Of a stretch of DNA of 64,000 nucleotides, positions 51,288 to 63,782 are shown piece after piece. The position numbers and the translations under genes were made by a program. The DNA comes from Octopus vulgaris (taxonomy: Eukaryota). The stretch is taken from contig OX597822.1 of assembly GCA_951406725.2 (NCBI GenBank), positions 94,984,001-95,048,000 on the forward strand, in the 5' to 3' direction. Under the pieces are notes generated by a model. It ran no database searches and was not told the DNA's origin. It worked only from the letters and a program-made list of their open reading frames with translations. Position 1 is the first letter of the stretch. Every line of letters begins with the position of its first letter.

Positions 51288-51906
51288 AAAGTGAAATGAT
51301 AATCTCTCACTCTATCAGACAGTAAACACCCAAGGCGTATTTATGCAGAGAACTGGAAACAATGTATGAATGAATCTATTGTTATAAAGATTGTACAACA
51401 TGTCAAGATCCGTTTAGTATCTTCGACATCCTTTTGCAGTGGGCTGCAAACAAACGACACTCTCAGCAAAGCTATTGGCTACAACCAGTGAACATGCATG
51501 TGTGTGAAGTACTGAGGAAGTACAGACTCGTACGTACGTGTATAACAGATTTTTTTAGGTTTTTCTTTAACCAAATCCACTCGCAAGGCCTTGACCAGCC
51601 CGGGGCTATAGTAGAAAACAATTGGACAAAGCTATTCAGTTGAGAAGTGAACTTCTTAACCACTCAAGTGTTCTCACCAGTCATTGTTGCTTGTCATTTC
51701 TTTGTTATAAAAGCTAGTAGTAAGTAAGTAATGCATTGTTGTTGATGTAACAAAACTATATAACCTGTTGCTATAAAGTCTGGCCTTGTGCTGTTTAGTC
51801 AAACAAATCGTGTGATGTGTGTCACTAGCCATAAAACTAGTGGCAGATTGCATCATTTAATTTTTGTTCTCACTGAAACTTTTGTTTCTACTCTCTTTGC
51901 TAATAC

Positions 51907-52134
51907 TTAACCCTTTAGCATTCAAACCGGCCATATCTGGCCAAAATATTTAACCTGATTTATATTGAAACTGACCAGATCTCATCTCTCACCTCAGCCC
52001 TACCATGTCATTCTAAAACTAAAAAATCACATCACTGAAATCTCTAAACTATAAGATAATGCATGATTAATTCAAACCATTTTAAATAAACAAACATCAC
52101 ATTTGACAGAATAATCTGAACACTAAAGGGTTAA
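51907..52134. mobile_element. piggyBac-type MITE type A (more decayed copies near 32211, 52723, 58211, 62331)
   Basis: TTAA TSD and TIRs. Confidence 0.85.
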
Positions 52135-53150
52135 CAGTATATTAGCTCATCTGATATTGATTTCTAACGTGGCTACGAGGCCATGTTTCTGGAGAGGATT
52201 GTATCAGCTACTTGTACTTGATAGGTATCTTTTACTTGTTTCAGTCATTGGACTGCAGCCATGCTGGAGCACCGCCTTGAGGAATTTTACTCCAACTAAT
52301 CAATCCCAATACTCATTTGCTTGTTAAGCCTAGTACTTGAGAGATGTAAATATGGCAGAGAAGAATAGGAGAGAGAACAATGAGAGCAGAAAGGTCAGAA
52401 ATGGAGATTTGGGAGTTGAGGATTGGAATAAGAACAAATAAGAATAGATACAGGAGTGGTGAACTGGCAGTCTGTAGAGTGTCAGACAGAATACTCCATA
52501 GAATTTGTCCTGACTTTGTTCTTTGACTTCAAATCATGCTGAGGTCAACTTGACCTTTTAACCTTTCAGGATTGATTTTTAACAAAAACAAAAAGAAAAA
52601 AAAGTACCTTTCAAAGGTGGTGGATTGGTGAAATTAAGAGCATTGGGTCAGATGCTTTGTATTTGCCCCTGCTCTTTGCAGTAGGAGTTCAAATTCCATC
52701 ATGTCCCACTCGGGTGACAAACTTAACCCTTTAGCATTGAAACTGACCACATCTGTCCAAAATATTCTGTTTTATGTTCAAACTGGTGAGTTTTGGCCTC
52801 CCACAGCAACCCTACAACATTCTAAAACTTTCTGCCATCAAAATCTTAAAGCTACATGAAAGTGCATGATTAATTCAGAGCCATGTGAATAAATGTTACT
52901 TTTGACAAAATAATGTGAATGATAGTGTTAACCCATTGCCTGGTTTAACACTATCACCTGGCACCTCAGGTGCTTTTAGCAGTGCCCACTCTTTTGCATG
53001 CATTGAGGCCATGTCTCTGGTTTCCTCACTGCATTCTTGGTGGTCCCTTAAAGGGTCATGGGCACTGTCTTTCCTCCTAACTAAAAGATGACAAAAAAAT
53101 ACCCCCTCCCCCCAAAAAAATGTTTACTGAAACACTATATATATAATATA

Positions 53151-53235
53151 GCATAGCTCAGTCGGTAGAGCAGACTTTTATAGGTCAACCTTAGAAGTAA
53201 TCTGAGGGTCGCGGGTTCGAGTCCCTCTGCGGGCG
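53151..53235 (+). pseudogene. Intron-containing tRNA-Lys(TTT) pseudogene
   Basis: GCATAGCTCAGTCGGTAGAGC--AGACTTTTA[19-nt intron 53181-53199]ATCTGAGGGTCGCGGGTTCGAGTCCCTCTGCGGGCG aligns to canonical tRNA-Lys(UUU). It lacks the first ~4 nt, has a 3-nt deletion before the anticodon stem, and has one T-stem mismatch. Confidence 0.85.
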
Positions 53236-53248
53236 TAATGTAATTTTA

Positions 53249-53422
53249 GGCGCAGGAGTGGCTGTGTGGTAAGTAGCTTGCTTACCAACCACATGGTTCC
53301 GGGTTCAGTCCCACTGCGTGGCATCTTGGGCAAGTGGATTCTGCTATAGCCCTGGGCCAACCAATGCCTTGTGAGTGGATTTGGTAGACGGAAACTGAAA
53401 GAAGCCTATCGTATATATGTGT

Positions 53423-53475
<53 letters not shown>

Positions 53476-53683
53476 TTGTGTGCCTGTGTTTGACCCCCTA
53501 GCATTGCTTGACAACCGATGCTGGTGTGTTTATGTCCCTGTCACTTAGCGGTTCGGCAAAAGAGACCGATAGAATAAGTACTGGGCTTACAAAGAATGTC
53601 CCGGGGTCGATTTGCTCGACTAAAGGCGGTGCTCCTGCATGGCCGCAGTCAAATGACTGAAACAAATAAAAGAGTAAAAGAGT
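53249..53683 (+). mobile_element. SINE-B fused directly behind the pre-tRNA-Lys copy
   Basis: Full length; begins 13 nt after the tRNA 3' end. Confidence 0.9.
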
Positions 53684-53689
53684 ATATAT

Positions 53690-54010
53690 ATCATCATCGT
53701 TTAACGTCCGTTCTCCATGCTATCATGGGTTGGACGGTTCGACTGGGGATCTGGGAACAGGCTCCGGTCTTATCTGGCAATGTTTCTACAGCTGGATGCC
53801 CTTCCTAACGCCAACCACTCCGTGAGTGTAGTGGGTGCTTTTTACGTGCCACCTGCACTGGTGCCAGGCGAGGCTGGCATCGGCCACAGTTGGATTGGTG
53901 CATTTTACGTGCCACCTGCACGGAAGCCAGTCGAGGCGGCACTGGCTTCGGCCACGATTCGGATGGTGCTTTTTACGTGCCACCGACACGGAAGCCAGTT
54001 GAGGCGGTGC
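53690..54010 (-). mobile_element. SINE-C
   Basis: Same motifs. Confidence 0.8.
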
Positions 54011-54767
54011 TACACACACACACACACTCATTTCAGAAGTACTGACAACTATTGGCAGAGGCCCAACATGAATGCTTAAGGCAGCAGTGGGTGAATAGTA
54101 TTTAACTAATTATCTCAGACATGATTTCAATTTCTCTTGAGCTTCAGGTTTACCTTTCATTCACATAGTATTTATAAAAATATGTATCTGGTTGGTTACA
54201 TTCTGTTCTCACTTAAATGGTTCAGTACTTAACACCTTTGTGTTGCTTGCTACTGAGTTGAAGGTAAATATGTGATGAACAGTCAGTAGTACTTGGTGGT
54301 ATTTGCCGGGGGGGGGGGGGTAAAACTATTTAATCTACATTGCTAATGAATATAAATAGGGGAAAAACAAAAGGTAAGAATTGTCAGAAAATACTTTCTG
54401 GTCTTCTTCTATATACTTGCTCTCTATACTTGCGTGGGCCCATATAGAAAAGCCTAAACATGGTTGCTTAACCTGCTAGAAATAGCAGCTAACTTTTCTT
54501 CAAATCTCCCTTTACCACAATGAAAAAGAAATGATACATTGGATAAGGTAATCCCAGATACACCATGCCAAGGAGCATCTTTTGATAGTCTACTGGATGA
54601 GGCAATCTGGAGGCTGAGTATTAATGTGAGAAATTAAGATAAATTTTGGCTCTTTGCTAGAATTATATTTTTGTTTCTTTTCTCCTTTTCTTTCTTTTTT
54701 CTTTTCTCCTTTTCTCTCTTTCTAATGGCACTATAGATTGATCTTCAATGCTTAAAGCGTTATACCC

Positions 54768-54998
54768 ATTTCTTTATTATCCACAAGGGGCTAAACATTG
54801 AAGGGACAAACAAGGACAGACATAGGTATTAAGTCGATTACATTGATCCCAGCGCGTAACTGGTACTTAATTTATCGACCCCGAAAGGATGAAAGGCAAA
54901 GTCAACCTCGGCGGAATTTGAACTCAGAACATAGCAGCAGACGAAATACGGCTGAGCATTTCGCCCGGCGTGCTAACGTTTCTGCCAGCTCACCACCT
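54768..54998 (-). mobile_element. SINE-A
   Basis: Consensus match. Confidence 0.9.
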
Positions 54999-55393
54999 TT
55001 TTATTAAAGCTTTATACCAGTGGCATAGTCCACCTCCCCAATCACTCTTTAATGACACACATCACTCTCTCTCTCTTTCTCTTACCCATCTTTATTGCCT
55101 TCCATCACCCACAGACTCCCTCTGTCTCGTCATCTCATCCATCACTCGTTATTAATGTCTGTGTATACACATGCGTACAGACAAAAAGAATGCAACTCTG
55201 ATAACTGACAGTCAATGACTATTGATAAAGTTGCAAGACACAACGAAAATTTTAGGGAAAAAATGAGTGGAAATCAAATAGGTGAGTGTGTTAAATAAGG
55301 GCACTAAAAAAGAATGACTCTCCCCAGACACAATAAAATATGCTTCAACACACAGATTCACATAAAGAATCTTGCAAACCAAATACAAAAATT

Positions 55394-55444
<51 letters not shown>

Positions 55445-55464
55445 AATCCTTCTTGCATACCTTT

Positions 55465-55882
55465 CCTCTTGGGACACAAAACTCTACTTGTGAAGCCCTG
55501 TTGAGGCAAGTGAAAATCAAAATCGAAATCGATCAACATCAATGGAAATTGTAGCTGTGATACCAGTGCCGGTGGCACGTAAGAGAACCATCCGAATGTG
55601 GCTGTTGCCAGCACCGCCCCGACTGGCCTCTGTGCCGGTGGCACGTAAAAAGCACCATCCTACCAAGGCCGTTTGCCAGCCTCGTCTGGCACCTGTGCTG
55701 GTGGCGCGTAAAAAGCACCCACTACACTCACGGAGTGATTGGCGTTAGGAAGGGCATCCAGCCGTAGAAACACTGCCAGATCAGACTGGAGCCTGGTGTG
55801 CAGCCTTCTGGCTTCCCAGACCCCAGTTGAACCGTCCAACCCATGCTAGCATAGAAAGCAGATGTTAGATGATGATGATGAT
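55465..55882 (+). mobile_element. SINE-C (long copy including 5' region)
   Basis: 5' part shared with the copy at 15325. Confidence 0.8.
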
Positions 55883-56049
55883 AATATAGCTTGTTTCAAA
55901 AACAGTCTCTGCTACATATCCATTATTTTGCGGAGTCAACCACTGGTTCCTATGGCAAAAATCTATATAGTGACAGGCTGGATCTATCAGCGATGGAGTA
56001 TTACTACTGATGAGCTTCAGTTTCAAGTGAAATTGGCTTGCCAATATAT

Positions 56050-56465
56050 ATTTCTATATTACCCACAAGGGGCTAAACATAGAGAGGACAAACAAGGGCA
56101 GACAAAGGGATTAATTCAATTACATCGACCCCAGTGCGAAACTGGTACTTTTATTTATCGACCCCGAAAGGATGAAAGGCAAAGTCGACCTTGGCGGAAT
56201 TTGAACTCAGAACGTAACGACAGACGAAATACCTATTTCTTTATTACCCACAAGGGGCTAAACACAGAGGGGACAAACAAGGACAGACATAGGTATTAAG
56301 TCGATTACCTCAACCCCAGTGCGAAACTGGTACTTTTATTTATCGACCCCGAAAGGATGAAAGGCAAAGTCGACCTCGGCGGAATTTGAACTCAGAACGT
56401 AACGACAGACGAAATACCGCTAAGCATTCCGCCCAGCGTGCTAACGTGTCTGCCAGCTCACCGCC
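56050..56465 (-). mobile_element. SINE-A head-to-tail dimer
   Basis: Full monomer plus a head-truncated monomer inside one TSD, ATTGGCTTGCCAATATA. Confidence 0.9.
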
Positions 56466-56713
56466 TTATTGGCTTGCCAATATAGTCCCCTTTGCTTACT
56501 GTGGGATAGTTAACTCACCTGCCAGTACATACGTAGACTTGTGCCATGCTTGTAGCTGTAAGTGTCTTGGACTCTTATTTCTAGCATTGTAGGTGCTACC
56601 ATGCACCCACAGTCACTGTGAGTGACAATTAAATTTTTTTCCTTTCTGGTTTTATATTGTGTCTAGCCACCTTTGTTATTTCTGTTGTCACGCACACAGG
56701 CAGAGGGGTATGC

Positions 56714-56753
<40 letters not shown>

Positions 56754-57484
56754 TGCACTCTACTTTTTTTTTTGTTCACCCAGCTGAAATAACAATTCAT
56801 TCACATAGATACTGACAGACATATCCTAGGTCTAGGAAATTACTATCGTTTGTTTTGATGTGAGTTAGTGAAGAGGTGGAGGAGGAGGGAGAAGTGTATC
56901 AGTTTACTGGTCAGAAAGTCATCATTGTTGGTTTCCAGCCTTCATAACTGGAGAGGGGGGGGGATGATGATGATAGAAATGTCTTGGGTAAACACATACA
57001 GATGAATAGAGATGATAACAAACGCACCCCCCCCGGTGCCCCTACCACCACCACCACCACCACCATACTCTATTTTGTAAGTTTTCCCTTTTTTGGAGAA
57101 GGGAGCAAATACCTTTCTCCTAATAATTTAACTTCTGAATGATTTATTTTTATAAACTAATCTATCAGCCTCCTGAGAACTGATGCGCTTCACATTAAAT
57201 ATGATTGCCTGCCAAATTACCTCTCCAAATATTTTCTTTATAATGAACCATATGATATTGATTTTAATCAGGTTTATGATACTGATTATTGTGGTTACTG
57301 CTGTTCAGAATCTGGTTGGCTCTGATTGACCAGGTAGACATACATGGTATATGTGCCCCACCCTGTTTTTTTTTTTTTCTCTCAGGCATCGTGTGTATCT
57401 AACACTGTACTATGAAATAGTTATCCTCTTTTTAAGATGGAAGATTTAACTGCTATTTAGAGCAGGGCAAGCAACTATATTCAG

Positions 57485-58134
57485 CAGTGGTTCTCAACCA
57501 TTTTTTTTTGCCTGTGGACCCCTTTGATTTCTATTTTACTGTTCTGTACCTACATAACCATTTGAAGTTTTCAAAAAAAAAAAAATCCCAATTAAACATT
57601 ATTCGGAATTTACTCTTTTACTTGTTTCAGTCATTTGACTGCGGCCATGCTGGAGCACCGCCTTTAATCGAGCAACTCGACCCCGGGACTTATTCTTTTG
57701 TAATCCCAGTACTTAGTCTATCGGTCTCTTTTGCCGAACCGCTAAGTGACGGGGACGTAAACACACCAGCATCGGTTGTCAAGCGATGTTGGGGGGTCAA
57801 ACACAGACACACAAACACATACACACACACACATATATATATATACATACATATATACGACAGGCTTCTTTCAGTTTCCGTCTACCAAATCCACTCACAA
57901 GGCATTGGTCGGCCCGGGGCTATAGCAGAAGACACTTGCCCAAGATGCCATGCAGTGGGACTGAACCCGGCTGGAACCATGTGGTTGGTTAGCAAGCTAC
58001 TTACCACACAGCCACTCCTGCGCCTATTGTATAAAAAAAATTGTTAAAATGCCTTGTGTATTGTAGAAGTATAACTGACTTATTGCACATAATTTTTAAC
58101 AAAATTTTCTATGGACCCCAGTTGAGAGCCACTG
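57485..58134. mobile_element. hAT/Charlie-like MITE interrupted by SINE-B
   Basis: CAGTGGTTCTCAAC ... GTTGAGAGCCACTG termini and subterminal GGACCCC motifs. Confidence 0.7.
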
Positions 58135-59605
58135 GTATAGAGGATCCTTTGTTGGCTTGTGTGATATTAGCTATAAGAGAGAGAAGGTCAAGGGCCAGGG
58201 TAATGTAAGGTTGACACTTTAGCATTCACATTCTGTCTAAATTAATGCTTTGAACTATGTATTTTGTGGCTTTGAGATTTTGATGAGGTAACTGTTAATT
58301 TTTAAAATGATATTGTAGGGTTGGTGTGCGAGGCTAGATCTGGCCAATTTTGAACATGAAACAATATTTTGGCTGTATATAGTCTGTTTAAATACCAAAT
58401 GGTCAAAGTGGCTACAATGTTCACCAACATTAGTTACAATCTTACTCTGATTACATTATGTTGTTGTTTCTCTTCAATGTCCCATTTCAGTGGTAACTTC
58501 TCAGAACAAGCAGGCCCTGGTTGAGTTTAAAAAAAAAAGATTTCTTCAATCAATTTTTGAAATGAGGCGCAGGAGTGGCTGTGTGGTAAGTAGCTTGCTA
58601 ACCAACCACATGGTTCCGGGTTCAGTCCCACTGCGTGGAATCTTGGGCAAGTGTCTTCTGCTATAGCCCCGGGCCGACCAATGCCTTGTGAGTGGATTTG
58701 GTAGCCGGAAACTGAAAGAAGCCTGTCGTATATATATATATATATGTATATGTATGTATGTGTATATGTTTGTGTGTCTGTTTGTACCCCTAGCATTGCT
58801 TGACAACTGATGCTGGTGTGTTTACGTCCCCGTCACTTAGCGGTTCGGCAAAAGAGACCGATAGAATAAGTACTGGGCTTACAAAGAATAAGTCCCGTGG
58901 TCGAGTCGCTCGACTAAAGGCGGTGCTCCAGCATGGCCGCAGTCAAATGACTGAAACATGTAAAAGAGTAAAAGAGATGCTTATTGAGAGAAATTGATAC
59001 GTGAAGCAATAAGGTGCAGGCAATAATGATTAAATGAATTGGCACTTACCCACTTGGATGAAATGTGATTGTTAATTGGCATTGATGTCAAGGTTGATTA
59101 ATTGGAAAAATCTTGAATGGTTGGACAAATGCCTTGTTGTACTTGTTCCAGCTTTTTGTGTTTTGAGCTTAACTCCCACCATCATCAACTTTGCTTTACA
59201 TCTCCCCTGAGTCTGTAAAGTGCTCATCAAGCATTGAGGTTGGTTTTTCTCTCTCTGACTCTCTTCCCCCAATACCAAATGGTGAGGATGCAATGACACT
59301 GGGTGGAGTACATTGCTACCTCATCACAGAAATCTGTGTATTCCTCACTGAAGTGCATAAACCTAAGTAGTTAGCATTAATAGCTCATGAGAATGTGGTG
59401 ATTGATTACAAATTAATTACTTATGAGGACAGCTGCATAGATGTATAAGGGATTATTAGCTAATTTACACAGCTTGCTTACCAACCACATGGTTCCGGGT
59501 TCAGTCCCACTGCGTGGCACCTTAGGCAAGTGTCTTCTACTATAGCCCCGGGCCGACCAATGCCTTGTGAGTGGATTTGGTAGACAGAAACTGAAAAGAA
59601 GCCCG

Positions 59606-59659
<54 letters not shown>

Positions 59660-60312
59660 ATGTGTATGTCTGTGTTGGTCCCCCTAGCGTTGCTTGACAA
59701 CCGATGCTGGTGTGTTTATGTCCCCGTTACTTAGCGGTTCGGCAAAAGATACCGATAGAATAAGTACTGGGCTTACAAAAGAATAAGTCCCGGGGTCGAG
59801 TTGCTTGATTAAAGGCAGTGCTCCAGCATGGCCGCAGTCAAAATGACTGAAACAAGTAAGAGAGATCTGAGTTGATTGGTTTGTGTGTCCTAATAAATCA
59901 CAGGAATACATAGACTTACTCTTTACTCTTTTACATGTTTCAGTCATTTGACTGCGACCATGCTGGAGCACCACCTTTAATCGAGCAACTCGACCCCCGG
60001 GATTTATTCTTTGTAAGCCTAGTACTTAGTCTATTCTATTGGTCTCTTTTGCCGAACTGCTAAGTGACGGGGACATAAACAAACCAGCATCCGTTGTCAA
60101 GCAATGCTAGGGGGACAAACAGAGACACACAAACATACATGCACACATACATATGTATATATATACATATATACGACGGGCTTCTTTCAGTTTCCGTCTA
60201 CCAAATCCACTCACAAGGCTTTGGTTGGCCCGAGGCTATAGAAGACACTTACCCAAGGTGCCACACAGTGGGACTGAACCCGGAACTATGTGGTTGGTAA
60301 ACAAGCTACTTA
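57611..60312. mobile_element. Four SINE-B copies (57611-58024 minus, 58566-58976 plus, 59470-59858 plus, 59916-60312 minus)
   Basis: Consensus matches in both orientations. Confidence 0.9.
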
Positions 60313-61112
60313 TGGCCTGGAGGACTATGGTACACAAGAGGGGGCTGAGAACTGATCAGGGGCCTGAGAACTGAACAATCATAAAAATACTTAGCCTTTC
60401 TGACCAAAGCAAGTAAAAAGAATCTGCAAACATACTGCCATGCTGTTTCCAATTTTACTTCTTACCTATAACCTTTGATTTGTATGGATTTTTATCCCCT
60501 TTTCAATTGTACAAACATACATACATACATACTTGTTATTGATGTCGTAAGAATTTATAAGCTTTGGGAGAACATGAAATAATTCTTCTTTTTTTTAGAA
60601 CAGTGTATCTTGAAGTAGATGGAGTAAAAGAATAAAGACCTTGTTCAGTCATGACCATGGGATTGCACCCAGAATGCTTCCCTCTGAGGCACAAGTCTGG
60701 GCAATGTTTATGGAAGACCAGCATACCAGCCTCCCCTTCCCATGCCACTGATGTTATTCAAAGGAAAGGCAAAGATTGTTATGGAGAAATGGGAAATAAA
60801 GTGTCTTGCCCAAGAACACAACACAGCCCAGTCCTAGAACTGAACTCACTACCTCATGATTGTGAGCCCAACGCGCTGACCACTGAGTCATGTGCCTTCA
60901 TTGTAGGTGAAATAGATGATAAAGCTATAAATAATATTGCCCCATGAGCAGCTTTCAAACTTTAATCCATTAATTATATATTGTTATTTATAGCCTTATC
61001 TGCTTTGAGATCCAGTTTGAAAAAAAAAAGAAATATACTTCAAGGAGGTACCATTAAGCAGATGATTGCTGTAATTTCATCTAAACCAACTTAACCAATT
61101 TCATCTTAATTT

Positions 61113-61325
61113 CATCGTTACCAACCCGGCTGAAACCGGCTCTGTGTACAAATGTGTCGTTTACTTAAGTTTTGAATTAAAATCTTCCACCAAACCTTAG
61201 TCACAATTTATGTTCCTAACACTGGCTGAATGATAACTAAATTATTTTACTAAATTCTTTGTTATATTTAAAGTAATTGAAAGAAACAGAGCATCTCAAA
61301 ATAAATACAGTAATGAAAGGGTTAA
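61113..61325. mobile_element. piggyBac-type MITE type B
   Basis: Reverse-complement match to 49750-49977; left terminus eroded. Confidence 0.8.
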
Positions 61326-61691
61326 GAAACATATTACAATTTAAATAGGACAACATACACCTCTATGACTGATACATTAGTGGTGGAATATTACCAGCAA
61401 AACTGATTAACCAGGTTATCTGTTGGTGATGGGAGTGTGTGGGTATGAGGGAGAGGCATATCTTGATGGATGTGATGGTGGTGGTGAGTATATCTGTTAA
61501 TGATCTGTTGATGATGATTGTGGAGGGTCTCTGTGATGACAATCTTGTTTGTTGGTTACTACCACTGAGTAATACCGCCTCCCATTCCTGACTACTAACT
61601 AGGGAGCCTCTATGCACTTGTTTGATCTGTTAGAAATTGCAGCCTCAATCCTTCAGCTACACACATGCTTTTTGAATCAGCAGTCAGTATC

Positions 61692-61922
61692 TGTTTCTTT
61701 ACTACCCACAAGGAGCTACACACAGAGGGGACAAACAAGGACAGACACACGGATTAACTCGATTACATCGACCCCAGTGCGTAACTGGTACTTAATTTAT
61801 TGACCCCGAAAGGATGAAAGGCAAAGTCGACCTCGGCGGAATTTGAACTCAGAACGTAACGGCAGACGAAATACCGCTAAGCATTTCGCCCGGCGTGCTA
61901 ACGTTTCTGCCAGCTTGCTGCC
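61692..61922 (-). mobile_element. SINE-A (older variants near 37243, 50800, 52460, 62050, 62460)
   Basis: Consensus match. Confidence 0.9.
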
Positions 61923-62726
61923 TTCGGCAGTCATTATCGTCTTGCTCCTGGATGTATACAGGGTATCAGACAGGATTTGAAACAGGAAATATTATTTCTA
62001 AATTAATAATAATGCTTTTACATATTCAACATAGGTAGTTGTTAGAATGTTGGATAGTATGCCTCATGCTTTTTGTTCCAACTTCCCGTACTCTGAGTTC
62101 AAATCCTGCCGAGGTCAACTAGACCATTCTTCTTTTCTGGGTTGATCAAATAAATACTACTCTTAAGCAGTAGGTTGGCAGAACTTTTGAAGGTTGAGAT
62201 GATTTGCAGTATCTCTTTTAGCTCTTTGTGTTCTGACAACAACGTCTGTGATGATGCTTGTGCCAAACTGTATTGGCCCTGAGTCTCCATTCTACTGATG
62301 TTTTTTTTTAATCAATATCTTTTCTTCAGCTAACCCTTTTAGCATTTAAACCAGCCATATCTGGTTAAAATTTTCTACTTGTTGTAAGACCAAACTGGCC
62401 TAACCTGGCCACATCCCTACTCTCATTGTAATAATGGTTTCATATTTTGGCGCTTAAACTCCAGTGCTCAACTGGTACTTATTTTATTGATGAAAGGCCA
62501 AGTTGACTTCAGCAGAATTTGAGTTCAGAACATACGAATGAATGAAATGTTGCTAAGCATTTTGCCTGGTGTGCTAACTATTCTACCAGCTCTGAAATCT
62601 GGAAGCTACAAGATAGTGCATGATTAATCCAAAGTGATGTGAATGAATAAGCATTACATTTGACTGAGTAATCTGAATGTGAAAAGGGTCAAACATCAGT
62701 GGTATGGCGAGGTGAGATTTGCATGT

Positions 62727-63622
62727 ATGGGGAACTGCCATTCTTCAAAAATCTTGTCCAGGCCTGAGCACCCATGGGGGACTGCCATTCTTCAAAAATC
62801 TTGTCCAAGCCTGAGCACTCATGGGGGACTGCCATTCTTCAAAAATCTTGTCCAGGCCTGAGCATACATGGGGGATTGCCATTCTTCAAAAATCTTGTCC
62901 AGGCCTGAGCACCCATGGGGGACTGCCATTCTTCAAAAATCTTGTCCAGGCCTGAGCACCCATGGGGGACTGCCATTCTTCAAAAATCTTGTCCAGGCCT
63001 GAGCACCCATGGGGGATTGCCATTCTTCAAAAATCTTGTCCAGGCCTGAGCATACATGGGGGACTGCCATTCTTCAAAAATCTTGTCCATGCCTGAGCAC
63101 CCATGGGGGACTGCCATTCTTCAAAAATCTTGTCCAAGCCTGAGCACCCATGGGGGACTGCCATTCTTCAAAAATCTTGTCCAGGCCTGAGCATACATGT
63201 GGAATTGCCATTCTTCAAAAATTTTGTCCAGGCCTGAGTGCCCATGGAGGACTGTCATTCTTCAAAAATCTTGTCCAGGCCTGAGCACCCATGTGGGACT
63301 GCCATTCTTCAAAAATCTTGTCCAAGCCTGAGCGCTCATGGGGGACTGCCATTCTTAAAAAATCCTGTCCAAGTCTGAGCACCCATGGGGGACTGCCATT
63401 CTTAAAAAATCTTGTCCAAGCCTGAGCGCTCATGGGGGACTGCCATTCTTCAAAAATCTTGTCCAAGTCTGAGCACCCATGGGGGACTGCCATTCTTAAA
63501 AAATCTTGTCCAGGCCTGAGCGCTCATGGGGGACTGCCATTCTTCAAAAATCTTGTCCATGCCTGAGCGCCCATGGGGGACTGCCATTCTTCAAAAATCT
63601 TGTCCAGGCCTGAGCATACATG
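62727..63622. repeat. 47-bp minisatellite, ~19 copies
   Basis: Unit TGGGGGACTGCCATTCTTCAAAAATCTTGTCCAGGCCTGAGCACCCA, head to tail with no spacers. Confidence 0.97.
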
Positions 63623-63782
63623 TGCAGACACATAGTGAAGTTTAACTGACAGGTGCTCTATATAACTACCCACATGTGGTGAGGAAATGTTATTTTAAGA
63701 TATGCCTTCTTTCTAAATAAATATAAGTCTAATAAATATGAACAAACATTTATGAGATTTTTCTTTTCTTTTCTTTTTTTAG

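Noticed and set aside
53151-53235. Functional tRNA-Lys gene
   Set aside because: The 5' strand of the acceptor stem is truncated and there is a 3-nt deletion, so it is called a pseudogene.
55455-55520. HDV-like ribozyme at the SINE-C 5' end
   Set aside because: A TTCCTCTTGG motif is suggestive, but I could not build the nested double pseudoknot by eye.
57362-57420. Strong acceptor-like (T)nCTCTCAG as an internal exon
   Set aside because: The phase-0 frame hits a stop within 10 codons, and I see no convincing donor or homology.
57487-58047. 186-aa ORF and the recurring FDCGHAGAPP / LPNPLTR / RPRKDERQSR peptides
   Set aside because: Chance frames through SINE-B and SINE-A copies.
62727-63622. 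Regular array as a CRISPR
   Set aside because: Units are contiguous with no unique spacers, there are no cas genes, and the context is eukaryotic.
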